A stretch of DNA of 63,069 bases, counting the filler, from Octopus bimaculoides (lineage: Eukaryota): NCBI RefSeq assembly GCF_001194135.2. It is 5 parts of 5 records of this genome, joined end to end, with 100 filler letters (N's around TTAATTAATTAA, not from the genome) between each part and the next. Parts side by side here need not be neighbours in the genome. Positions count along the whole stretch, not along the records: positions 25,784 to 51,819 come from NC_068987.1; 4 more parts are not named here. One strand, 5' to 3'. The position numbers were made by a program, and so were the translations under genes. The notes beneath the pieces are model-generated. The model did not search any database. It saw nothing but the letters and a program-made list of their open reading frames with translations, and was not told the origin of the DNA. The stretch's first letter is position 1. Each line of letters begins with the position of its first letter. Shown here in pieces: positions 26,906-38,860 of the stretch.

Positions 26906-28166
26906 TTATGGTTATGTGTGTGTATACATACATACAAACACACACACATCTTTTGCTAAACCTTTATCATGCAAAAATATTGAGGACTAACTGCCAAACA
27001 ATCAGGAATACTTTTGGTAATATGTTAGAAATCTGACACAGTCACCAATCTTGACCAAATTCCAACAGGAATGATGTAAAGAACTAACTATCTTCATGTG
27101 TCTCCTATTTCACCTTTGTTTTAATTATGCTGTATTTCCAAACCAGTAGAAAACTATATCTGCAACACCTGTTCTCTCAAATTACCAACATAATTATGAA
27201 CTATATATAATTAGCAAAATAGTAGAGTCAGTGATTTGTAAACAATGGTTAGGATAACTGCTGCTATTTCTAAAAGACAATCTAGTGCAAAGCTATTTTA
27301 ACAATACCCATCAAGGCCAAATGTTTCACATCCACATTCTGTTTTGTGACCTGTGTTATATTTGTCCCACTAGATTCAATATTCATTCTAGTTGTGATCG
27401 AAGTTTATAGAGATGACATTGAAAGCTTAGAAAACAAATTGTAAATCATGGATGACATCTGCAATGAAATCACTAGGTGAAAGTGACCTTTATACATACA
27501 TATATGTGTGCTTGTGTGTGTGTGTGTCTGTGTGTGTGTATACATACATATATATATATATATATAGTTAATTTTTTTAGAAATAGAAAAAAGACAAAGA
27601 AAAAAACAACAATGTGAGGACATATTACATGCAAAGTATTAATAAGACACTCAGAGAATGAAAGAAAGAGTGGTTGTTTTATATTTCAATCAAAGCTCAT
27701 CTTCAAAAACAAGAGACATAGGAAAGTCCAAAAGAAAAGGAAGGAGGAAAAAAATTGTCAACAGTCTACTTAATCATATGTGTACATACACACACACATA
27801 AATATATATATATATACATTTCAGTATAAGTGCATGCATGTTTACACCTTTAATTTTATCAAATGTATTTTTATCTTTTTGTAAGTGCTTTCTAGAGTGT
27901 ATAGGTATGTATGGATATCATAAATATATGTACACACACACATTAAGTAGTAGAAGATTTTTAGGCCATCACTGTTGTGTAATTTAAAGACACTTGTACA
28001 AATTGTAAACAAATATTCTTTTTGTCTCTACAGACAAAACATGTTGGGGCTGACCTGACTGCTCAGGTTAGTCAAATCTCTCCTTATAGGTATGTATATT
28101 TATAAGTTTATCCATACATACCTATATATGTATATTTAGAAATTCATATATATATATATATATATA

Positions 28167-29240
28167 CAGGGACTGGGCAAAATAATGGAAACACTTTGTT
28201 AAATGACAGTTTTATTATTTAATAGAGAGTTGGTCTATTTTAGCATTAATCACAGTTTTATACATTGAGTAATTGATTTTTGCAAGTTCTGAAATGTTGT
28301 TAGGGGAATTTCAAGCCATTATTCTTATAAAACGTGCTTTAGCTCTTTCAGCAATGATAATGGAGTGAAGTGGCTGCTTGCTTACTACTTCAAAACACAC
28401 CATAAATGTTCGATTGTATTAAGATCTGGTGATTATGGGAGCAATGCTAGAAGTTTTCTTCATTTTCAGGCTCATTGTACCAATAGTGAATAACATTAGC
28501 CTCATGAGTCAGTGCACTATTGTCCCTGAAAATTGTGCTACCTTCAAGGAGCAACGCCTGTACTATAGGATAGATATGATCAGTCAAAATACCCAGAAAG
28601 TCCTTGGTGTTAACTCTGCAATAACTAAAGAACCAAAAGAATTCTATGATATGGCTACTCACATCATCACAAAACCACCTCCATGTTTTTACAACAGAGG
28701 TCAAAACAGTTTGAGTTGACCGCTTTTTTTACTGTATCCAGACGTAAATTCAACTGAAGTAGGGAAAATGGTGAATGATGATTCATCAAATTAGATGACA
28801 TTGTTCTATTGGTAGTAGTCTAGACACCATTTTGGTGGGACAGGAGACGTTTACCAATTTCAGCCCTCCTTTGATAGCCAGTTTTATGGAGCTCATGACA
28901 AATGGTTTTGGATGACACAGGCTTGGCTAGGTGGTGATTGAATTCTGCTACCACTTTTGCTGAGTAGTCGTATGGTTTTTTTTAGACACAATATGTTTTA
29001 CTATTCTGTAATCCCTCTCTGTGAGCTTTGTCTTCTTTTCATCCAGAATTATGCTTGCCAGAGTTGGTATTACCTTGGTTAGGAAATGCCAACGTGCTTT
29101 TAGAGACTGCACCTCTTGAAACATAAGCAATTTAACTGTTTTATTGACTGAAGCTCCAGCCATCCATGCTCCAATAATTTGTCTTGTTTGGCAATCACAT
29201 GAGTTGTGCATTTTAACTCATTTAAATATAAATACTTAAA
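28167..29240 (-). mobile_element. Tc1-like DNA transposon remnant
   Basis: Seen: TA then TIR-like CAGGGACTGGGCAAAATAATGGAAACAC at 28167; transposase pieces QIIGAWMAGASVNKT, LGILTDHIYPIVQ...IFRDNSA..H, and SPDLNTIEHLWCVL; many lesions. Confidence 0.85.
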
Positions 29241-29547
29241 TATATATATATATATATATANNNNNNNNNNNNNNNNNNNNNNNNNNNNNNNNNNNNNNNN
29301 NNNNNNNNNNNNNNNNNNNNNNNNNNNNNNNNNNNNNNNNNNNNNNNNNNNNNNNNNNNNNNNNNNNNNNNNNNNNNNNNNNNNNNNNNNNNNNNNNNNN
29401 NNNNNNNNNNNNNNNNNNNNNNNNNNNNNNNNNNNNNNNNNNNNNNNNNNNNNNNNNNNNNNNNNNNNNNNNNNNNNNNNNNNNNNNNNNNNNNNNNNNN
29501 NNNNNNNNNNNNNNNNNNNNNNNNNNNNNNNNNNNNNNNNNNNNNNA

Positions 29548-30200
29548 TCATCATCATCATCATCATTTAACATCCACTTTCCATGCTAGCATGGGTTGGA
29601 CGATTTGACTGAGGACTGGCAGACCAGATGGCTACACCAGACTCCAATCTGATTTGGCAGGGTTTCTACAGCTGGATGCCCTTCCTAACGCCAACCACTG
29701 AGAGTGTAGTGGGTGCTTTTACTTGCCACCAGCACGAAGGCCAGTCAGGTGGTACTGGCAACAGCCATGCTCAAAATGGTGTATTTTAGGTGCCACCTGC
29801 ACAGGAGCTAGTCCAGCGGCACTGGCAATGACCTCGCTCAATTGTCTTTTCATGTGCCACTGGCACAAGTGCCAGTAAGGCGGCACTGGTAATGATCACG
29901 CTCAAATGGTGCTATTTATGTGCCACTGGCACGGAAGCCAGACAGCTGCTCTGGCAACGATCACGCTCGGATGCTACTCTTAGCACTCCACTGGTACAGG
30001 TGCCATCATGATTTCGCTTTCACGTGCCCCAACAGGTCTTCACAAGCCGAGTTTAGTGGCCAATGAAGGAGACGTTGGCATGGGTGCCAGTCATCGAATT
30101 TGGTTCGATTTCAATTTCACTTGCCTCAACAGGTCTTCGCAAGTGGAGTTTAGTGTCCAATGAAGGAAAGGTACGCATAAATGGGCTGGCTACACCCAAC
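29548..30200 (-). mobile_element. 3' UTR of the same RTE LINE family, with ~60-bp subrepeats; upstream of the visible macroH2A exons (presumed intron)
   Basis: Seen: (CAT)n followed by ttaacatccactttccatgctagcatgggttggac...cagctggatgcccttcctaacgccaaccac, shared with 39890-40200 and 49905-50156. Confidence 0.85.
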
Positions 30201-30551
30201 NNNNNNNNNNNNNNNNNNNNNNNNNNNNNNNNNNNNNNNNNNNNNNNNNNNNNNNNNNNNNNNNNNNNNNNNNNNNNNNNNNNNNNNNNNNNNNNNNNNN
30301 NNNNNNNNNNNNNNNNNNNNNNNNNNNNNNNNNNNNNNNNNNNNNNNNNNNNNNNNNNNNNNNNNNNNNNNNNNNNNNNNNNNNNNNNNNNNNNNNNNNN
30401 NNNNNNNNNNNNNNNNNNNNNNNNNNNNNNNNNNNNNNNNNNNNNNNNNNNNNNNNNNNNNNNNNNNNNNNNNNNNNNNNNNNNNNNNNNNNNNNNNNNN
30501 NNNNNNNNNNNNNNNNNNNNNNNNNNNNNNNNNNNNNNNNNNNNNNNNNNN

Positions 30552-30718
<167 letters not shown>

Positions 30719-30771
30719 TAAGTATTTTATTATCTTGCCTTTCTTTCATATGCTATTAGTTTTATGATAAT

Positions 30772-30804
<33 letters not shown>

Positions 30805-31202
30805 TGCATTTTGTGCATTTATGAGGGTATGTTTGAATTTGGTTGTATATATGCATGCATGTGTGTGTGTAGCAGTTCCATTGTTTCAAGAGAAGAATTA
30901 ACCATTATTGACAACAATGGCGACACTACTGCTATTGCTAAACATATATTGAACAGTTTATCACTTCAAAACAAATGCCCGACTACCACTCTAGTTATTT
31001 TACATAAGGATAAAATAATGCAAAATTATAAGTTTCTCTACATCCCAGTGAGTGCTTGACTCTATCATGGCTGTTTATTTATGTGTCTGATGGTTGTTAT
31101 CTGTTTGTATAATGTATGGGTGTATATATGTCTATATATATATATATATATATCTTTGTTGTCTGTACATAGATATATATGAGTATCTATCTGTGTTCTC
31201 TG

Positions 31203-31234
<32 letters not shown>

Positions 31235-31840
31235 GATGTATGTTATCTGTATGTAATGTATGTGTGTGTAATATGTATATATGTAGATATCTATGTGTGT
31301 TTTGTTTGTGTCTGTAATATGTGTAGAATATGGTTGTATTTTAGTATCAAGTATATGTAATGTGTGTGTGTTTTGTACATAACAAAATTAGCACTTCACA
31401 GTGGTATTAAGAATTATTCTATGACACGAAAACAAATTAGCAACAATTTTCAATAAACATGAAAATTATGTTTAGAACAACCAATTAACTAAAACAGAGA
31501 GACACTCTTAAAAAACAAAAATATTTGGTTCCATAGAAATAAGATATCTACAATCAATAACCAATCCCTGGACAATATAATTGTTTCAAACCAGTCAAGT
31601 ACACTATAATGTGAAACAATGGTTTTATAAGAAGTTCTGAAAGGCTGTGTGAGGTTGTCTATACACAGCCCAAATAGTCAATATTGTATGGGAATAGCCA
31701 GATATATTCACTATGGATTTATGAGCACTAAAGCATTCAAAGTAGGGCAGCCAATAATGAACATATAAGTCATATTGATGGTGGATATCATAGTTCTAAC
31801 AAGATGATTTTTGTGTATCTGTTTTAGCTAATATGTGTGC

Positions 31841-31882
<42 letters not shown>

Positions 31883-32334
31883 AATTAAACAACCAAATGA
31901 GCTACTAACAGTATCATGCTATTATGATACTTGAACAGGCATATTTATAAAATATGCCATACATTTTAAAGCAATCTTTCAGGCTCTGTTTACACACACA
32001 CACACACATTTATATGATATCTTATATGGTTATATTTTTACTTATATATTACTGTTTGTTTTTATGTTAAGTTATATAAAAAAAAATAGTTTAACTTTAA
32101 ACTGAAGAAATACTCAATAATTTTTGGTAGCATATCATGTTTATTAAACTTTTACAAGGGTAAGTTTGAGGATACCTTTGAAATTTCAGCTTTCTTGTTG
32201 TCGTCAGATATTCTGATGAAAGTAAGCAAGCCAAAACTTCAAACTCACTGTCAACATTTTCCTCATGAAAGTTTAATGAATATATATGAGTTCACATTTG
32301 TATGCATTTATATGTATAGGTTTATATGTCACAT

Positions 32335-32612
32335 GATTGGTCATGTGATCACATGACCAACACAACTATCAGATGTTGTTACACATCGCCGGTCACAATG
32401 CACATTTGCATCGTTTTGGCCTTTGAATGATGCCACCATGCTGGCTTGGCGAGCAGGCCAACATTTTCCCCCTGATTGAAAGGGAGGAATGGAGCAACGT
32501 GAAAGGAAGTGTTTTGCTCAAGAATACAATGTGCTACCCAGTCAGGGAAACGAACCCATGATCTAGCGATTATAAGCGTGACACCTTAACCACTAGGCCA
32601 CATGCCTTCACA
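32335..32612 (-). mobile_element. Third tRNA-derived SINE family, in the last macroH2A intron
   Basis: Seen on minus: tgaaggcatgtggcctagtggttaagg (A box)...gggttcgtttccc (B box)...ttcttgagcaaaacact. Related fragments at 3500-3640 (-) and 38705-38830 (-). Confidence 0.75.
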
Positions 32613-32857
32613 TGTCTATATGTATATATATCTACATGTATGTTTTTCTATATATGTATGTGTATGTCTGCACACACATACACAAGCATATGTTCATATA
32701 TACAAATATGTATGCACACATGTTTACACACACACCCAGTACACACATACAATGCTTGAAAAAAAATGCAGGAATAGTCACAGTTGGATACCTTTGACCC
32801 TGGATCTGTTCCTTGATTGAACAAACCCATAATCAAAGGTGAACAACTGTAAAATAA

Positions 32858-33073
<216 letters not shown>

Positions 33074-33950
33074 AACCTTCAGCTGACCTGTTGCCTGCTG
33101 AACTTGCTCCTTATACTTCATTGAACTCCTTTGTTGTTGTTGTTGTTGTTGACGATGATTTTGTTATTTTGTTTTTTGTTTTTCTGTTTTCTTTTCTTGT
33201 TATCTTGATGCGGAAACAGGTCTTGAGAGCAGGTGTTGACTATAAACCTACCTTCCCCCACTCCAAGCTACAGCTGTGGGAACATACGAGAATGTACACA
33301 TAAATACACACACATACACAGAGATCTACCATGTGTATACATAAGTGTGGTGTGTGTGTAATTAACGATCAAGGAGATCAGAAATCCAAAGAGCTCTGTT
33401 TAGGAGTTAAAGATAACTATAAATTAAATAGTTATATTTGTATGTGTGTAAGTATGTGTGTGTGTATGTTTATATATATATTATATATACATACACACAT
33501 ACATACATACACATGCACACACATATATGTGTGTATTTATATGAATGTATATAGTAGATGAATAGATGTACATACATACACATACACACAGTCAACAATA
33601 CTTGCATATCCAGATTCACCCACATATGTAAATGTTTGAAATACTGACCATAATATATTATTTATCTTTCTTGTTGTTGTTACTTTTGTTGTTATCATTA
33701 TCATCATCACCACCACCACTGACATCATCCTCAACAGCAGCAGAATTACCATTCAATAGGCACAAGTCAACATTGCCAGCTAGTCTTTGATTCTTAGTCA
33801 AAATGTTGATTCACTTTTACTAGTGCTGTTTATAATTTTGAAAAAAAGTCATGAATGTCATATAATCTGCATTTGTAGTTCTGAATCTAACAATGAATTT
33901 AGCATCATCATCATTATCATCTTCATCAAAGCATTATTATTATTGTTGTT

Positions 33951-35309
33951 TAAGGTGGTGAGCTGGCAGAACTGTTAACACACTTGATGATATGCTTAGC
34001 AGTATTTTGCCCATCGCTACATTCTGAGTTCAAATTCCACCAAGGTCAACTATGCCTTTCATTCTTTTGGGGTCAATAAATTAAATACCAGTCAAGTACT
34101 GGGGGTTGATGTTATCAGCTTTTCCCCTCCCCCAAAATGGCTGCCCTTGTGGAAAAATTTGAAACCATTATTACTATTATTATTAAGGCAGCAAGCTGGC
34201 AGAATCATTAGCATGCCAGGTGAAATGCTTAGCGATATTTCATGTCAATACGTTCTTCTGAGTTCAAATTCCAGCGAGGTCACTTTGCCTTTCATCCTTT
34301 CGAGGTCAATTAATTACGTACCAGTTGTGTACTGGGATTGATCTAATCAACTGACCCTCTCACCCAAATTTCAGACCTTGTGCCTATAGTAGAAAGGATT
34401 ATAATAATAATAATAATTATTATTATTATTATTATTATTATTAAGGCAATGAGCTGACAGCATCATTAGAGCATCAAACAAAATGCTCAGTTGCATTTCT
34501 TCAAAAGTATTGAGTTCAAATACTGCCAAGGTCAGTTTTGCTTTTCATCCTTCTGAGGTCACTATGATAAAGTATCAATCAAGTACTGGGGTTGTTGTAA
34601 TGGACTAATCTCCTTCCCTTAAAATTGCTGACCTTGTGCTAAAATTTGAAGCCATTATCATTAAAGAAATCATTAAAAAATAAAGAAATTATTATCATTA
34701 TTATTATTATTATTATCATTATTATTATCATTATTATTATTATTATTATTATTAGGCATCGAGCTGGCAGAATCGTTAGCACACCGGGCAAAATGCTTAA
34801 CAGCATTTCATCTGTCCTTACGTTCTGAGTTTAAATTCCGCCGAGATCACCTTTACTTTACATCCTTTTGGGGTCGATGAAATAAGTACTAGTTACACAC
34901 TGCGGTCAATGTAATCAATTAGTCCCCTCGCCCAAAATTTCAAGCCTTGTGCTTATAGTAGAAAGGATTATTATTGTTGTTGTTGTTTTTGTTGATGTTA
35001 AGGTGGTAAACTGGCAGAATCGTTAGCACACCTGACAAAATGCTGAGTAACATTTCATCTAGCTTTACATTCTGAGTTCAAATTAAGATGTCAAGCTAGC
35101 AGAATTGTTAGCATGCCATGGAAAATGCTTCACAGCATTTCATCTTTTTTAGGTTCTGAGTTCAAATTCCACTAAGTTTGACTTTGTCTTTCAACCTTCC
35201 AAGGTCAATAAAATAAGTAACAGTTGTGCACTAGGGTCAATATAATTGACTTACCTTCTCCCACGAAATTGCTGGCTTTGTGCCAAAATTTGAAACCATT
35301 ATTATTATT

Positions 35310-35340
<31 letters not shown>

Positions 35341-36601
35341 TCTTCTAGCTTTACATTCTGAGTTCAAATGTCTCTGAGGTCAACTTTGTCTTACATCCTT
35401 TTGAAGGTCGATGAAATAAGTACCAATCAAGTACTGAGGTCAATGTAATTGACTAAGCCCCTCTCAAAAGATTTCAGACCTTGTGCCTGTAGTAGAAAGG
35501 ATTATTTCAATTATTCGGCAAGCTGGCAGAATTGTTAGCATGCCAGGCAAAATGCTTAGTGGCATTTTGTCCATCCTTNNNNNNNNNNNNNNNNNNNNNN
35601 NNNNNNNNNNNNNNNNNNNNNNNNNNNNNNNNNNNNNNNNNNNNNNNNNNNNNNNNNNNNNNNNNNNNNNNNNNNNNNNNNNNNNNNNNNNNNNNNNNNN
35701 NNNNNNNNNNNNNNNNNNNNNNNNNNNNNNNNNNNNNNNNNNNNNNNNNNNNNNNNNNNNNNNNNNNNNNNNNNNNNNNNNNNNNNNNNNNNNNNNNNNN
35801 NNNNNNNNNNNNNNNNNNNNNNNNNNNNNNNNNNNNNNNNNNNNNNNNNNNNNNNNNNNNNNNNNNNNNNNNNNNNNNNNNNNNNNNNNNNNNNNNNNNN
35901 NNNNNNNNNNNNNNNNNNNNNNNNNNNNNNNNNNNNNNNNNNNNNNNNNNNNNNNNNNNNNNNNNNNNNNNNNNNNNNNNNNNNNNNNNNNNNNNNNNNN
36001 NNNNNNNNNNNNNNNNNNNNNNNNNNNNNNNNNNNNNNNNNNNNNNNNNNNNNNNNNNNNNNNNNNNNNNNNNNNNNNNNNNNNNNNNNNNNNNNNNNNN
36101 NNNNNNNNNNNNNNNNNNNNNNNNNNNNNNNNNNNNNNNNNNNNNNNNNNNNNNNNNNNNNNNNNNNNNNNNNNNNNNNNNNNNNNNNNNNNNNNNNNNN
36201 NNNNNNNNNNNNNNNNNNNNNNNNNNNNNNNNNNNNNNNNNNNNNNNNNNNNNNNNNNNNNNNNNNNNNNNNNNNNNNNNNNNNNNNNNNNNNNNNNNNN
36301 NNNNNNNNNNNNNNNNNNNNNNNNNNNNNNNNNNNNNNNNNNNNNNNNNNNNNNNNNNNNNNNNNNNNNNNNNNNNNNNNNNNNNNNNNNNNNNNNNNNN
36401 NNNNNNNNNNNNNNNNNNNNNNNNNNNNNNNNNNNNNNNNNNNNNNNNNNNNNNNNNNNNNNNNNNNNNNNNNNNNNNNNNNNNNNNNNNNNNNNNNNNN
36501 NNNNNNNNNNNNNNNNNNNNNNNNNNNNNNNNNNNNNNNTTAATAGTATCAATTAACACTGCATTCCTACAAAATTTGCTGGCCTTGTGCCTAAATTAGA
36601 A

Positions 36602-36645
<44 letters not shown>

Positions 36646-37785
36646 TACTACTATTATTATTATTATTATTATAAGTATTGAGCTGGCAGAATCATTAGCA
36701 AGCTGGACAAAATGCTCAAAAAGCTTAGCAATATTTTTTCCAGCTTTACATTCTGAGTTCAAATTCCACCAATGTCAACTTTGCCTTTCATCCTTTTGAG
36801 GGTTGATAAAATGAGTACCAGTTGAGTACTGGGGTTGATGTAACTGACTAGCCACCTCCCTCAAAAACTTCAGGCCTTGTGCCAATAGTAGAAAGAATTA
36901 TTATTACTATTATAGCATTGAATAAAATGCTTAATGGTATTCCTTCCAGTTCTTTACATTCTGAGTTCAAATTCCATCAAGGTTGATTTTTACCTTTCAT
37001 GCTTCTGTAGTTGAATAAATGCCAATCACATACTAGAGTTGATAGAATTGACTTATAAAATCCCCTTCTTCAAGCTAATGGCTTCATGCCTATGTTTGAA
37101 ATAGTTATTATTAGGGCAGCAAGCTGGCAAATTCAGTATCATGTCAAACAAAATGCTTAGTGGCATTGCTTCTAGTTCTTAACGTTCTGAATACAAATCA
37201 GACTTTGCCTTTCATCCTTTCAAGGTTGATTAAATAAGAACCACTTGAGCACAGGAAATGATGTAATTAACCCCTCCTCCTAAAATTGCTGGCCTTGTGC
37301 CAAAATCTGAAAAGAACTGTTATTATTATTAGTAGTAGTACTAAGGTGATGAGCTGGTAGAATTGTTAGCCTGCCAGGCAAAATGCCTAGAAGCATTTCA
37401 TCCACCTTTCTGTTCTGAGTTCAAATTCAGCTGAGGTCAACTTTGCTTTCCATCCTTTCAGGGTCAATAAAACAAGTGCCAGTTGAGCACTGGGATTGAT
37501 GTAATCGACTTACCCCCTCCTTCCCAATTTCAGGCCTTAATAGTATTATTTAAGAGTGGCAGATTGGCAAATTCATTAAAGTTTTGAAAAAATGCTGTGT
37601 GGCATTTGTTCCAGCCTTTAACATTCTGAGTTCAAATCCTGCCATGGTCAACTTTACAAATTCATCTTTTCAAGGTCAGAAAATATGGTACCAGTCAACT
37701 ACAGAGATCAAATGAATTGACTAACTCCCTCCCTCACTCTGCCCAAAACTGATGGCCTTAGTGCCTAAATTATAAACCATTATTA

Positions 37786-37831
<46 letters not shown>

Positions 37832-38060
37832 CATTATTAAGGCAGTGAGCTGATAGAATTGTTTCTGCACCAGACAAAATGCTTAACAGCATTTCTTCCA
37901 TCTTTACATTCTGAGTTCAAATTCAACTGAAATATTTTTGCCTTTCATCCTTCTGAGGTTGATAAAGTAAAAATGCCAGTCAAATACTGAGATTGATGTA
38001 ATTGACTTAGCCCTCTCCCCAAAAATGTTGGGCCTTGTGCCTATAGTAGAAAGAATTATA
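33951..38060 (+). mobile_element. Head-to-tail array of at least 15 tRNA-derived Meta/Nin-core-type SINE copies separated by (ATT)n
   Basis: Seen: repeated AAGG..GAGCTGGCAGAA (A box), CTGAGTTCAAATTCC (B box) and core TTTGCCTTTCATCCTTT..GGTC.ATAAA..AAGTACCAG; all on +; one 960-N gap. Naming the core Meta/Nin is recall-based. Confidence 0.92.
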
Positions 38061-38095
38061 ATTATTATTATTATTATTATTATTCAATATATACA

Positions 38096-38146
<51 letters not shown>

Positions 38147-38860
38147 NNNNNNNNNNNNNNNNNNNNNNNNNNNNNNNNNNNNNNNNNNNNNNNNNNNNNN
38201 NNNNNNNNNNNNNNNNNNNNNNNNNNNNNNNNNNNNNNNNNNNNNNNNNNNNNNNNNNNNNNNNNNNNNNNNAAAATTATGCAAAAGTTTTAATTTTTAC
38301 AGAAATAATCTGTAAATAATGACATGGAAAAAAAAAGAAACATAAAAATGTTAAAAAATGAAAATTACAGAAAGAAAAGAGACAAAAAAAAAGAAAAAAT
38401 GGATAAAATGTATAAAACAATAGCATGTTCACCGAATACAGTAAAGATATATCTAAACAATGACTTTTGTTATTGTTGTCTGTTTGATGAATCAATTCAT
38501 GTGAGGTTGTTTCTTCACTTCTTTCTCTCTCTCTTAGAATCAGTTGTGAGCTAATGAATGAGAGGTGCTGCTCTAGGTATTCTGATACCAAAACTTCGGT
38601 TTTTATCCAACCAGGCTTTTTGACAGAATCTGTGAAAGTGAGTATTAACAGCCCAAACAATAACTCTTGACGTTTACATATATATATATATACACACACA
38701 CATCAGACATCAAAGCCATCTCAGAGCAACACAAGATGATGTGTTTTGCTCAAGAACACAATGCACCACCTGGTCCAGCAGTTGAAGCCATGATCATGAG
38801 TACAACACTTCAAATATTATGCTATATGCCCTCACTATATATACTTATATATATATATAC

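Noticed and set aside
27399-27452. VIEVYRDDIESL as the first macro-domain exon of macroH2A
   Set aside because: Only superficial similarity to LTVVQGDI, a weak donor, and no following HPTN motif.
33951-38060. SINE array as a CRISPR-like repeat-spacer system
   Set aside because: Units are ~220-bp diverged SINEs with A/B boxes; there are no unique spacers and no cas genes, and the context is eukaryotic.
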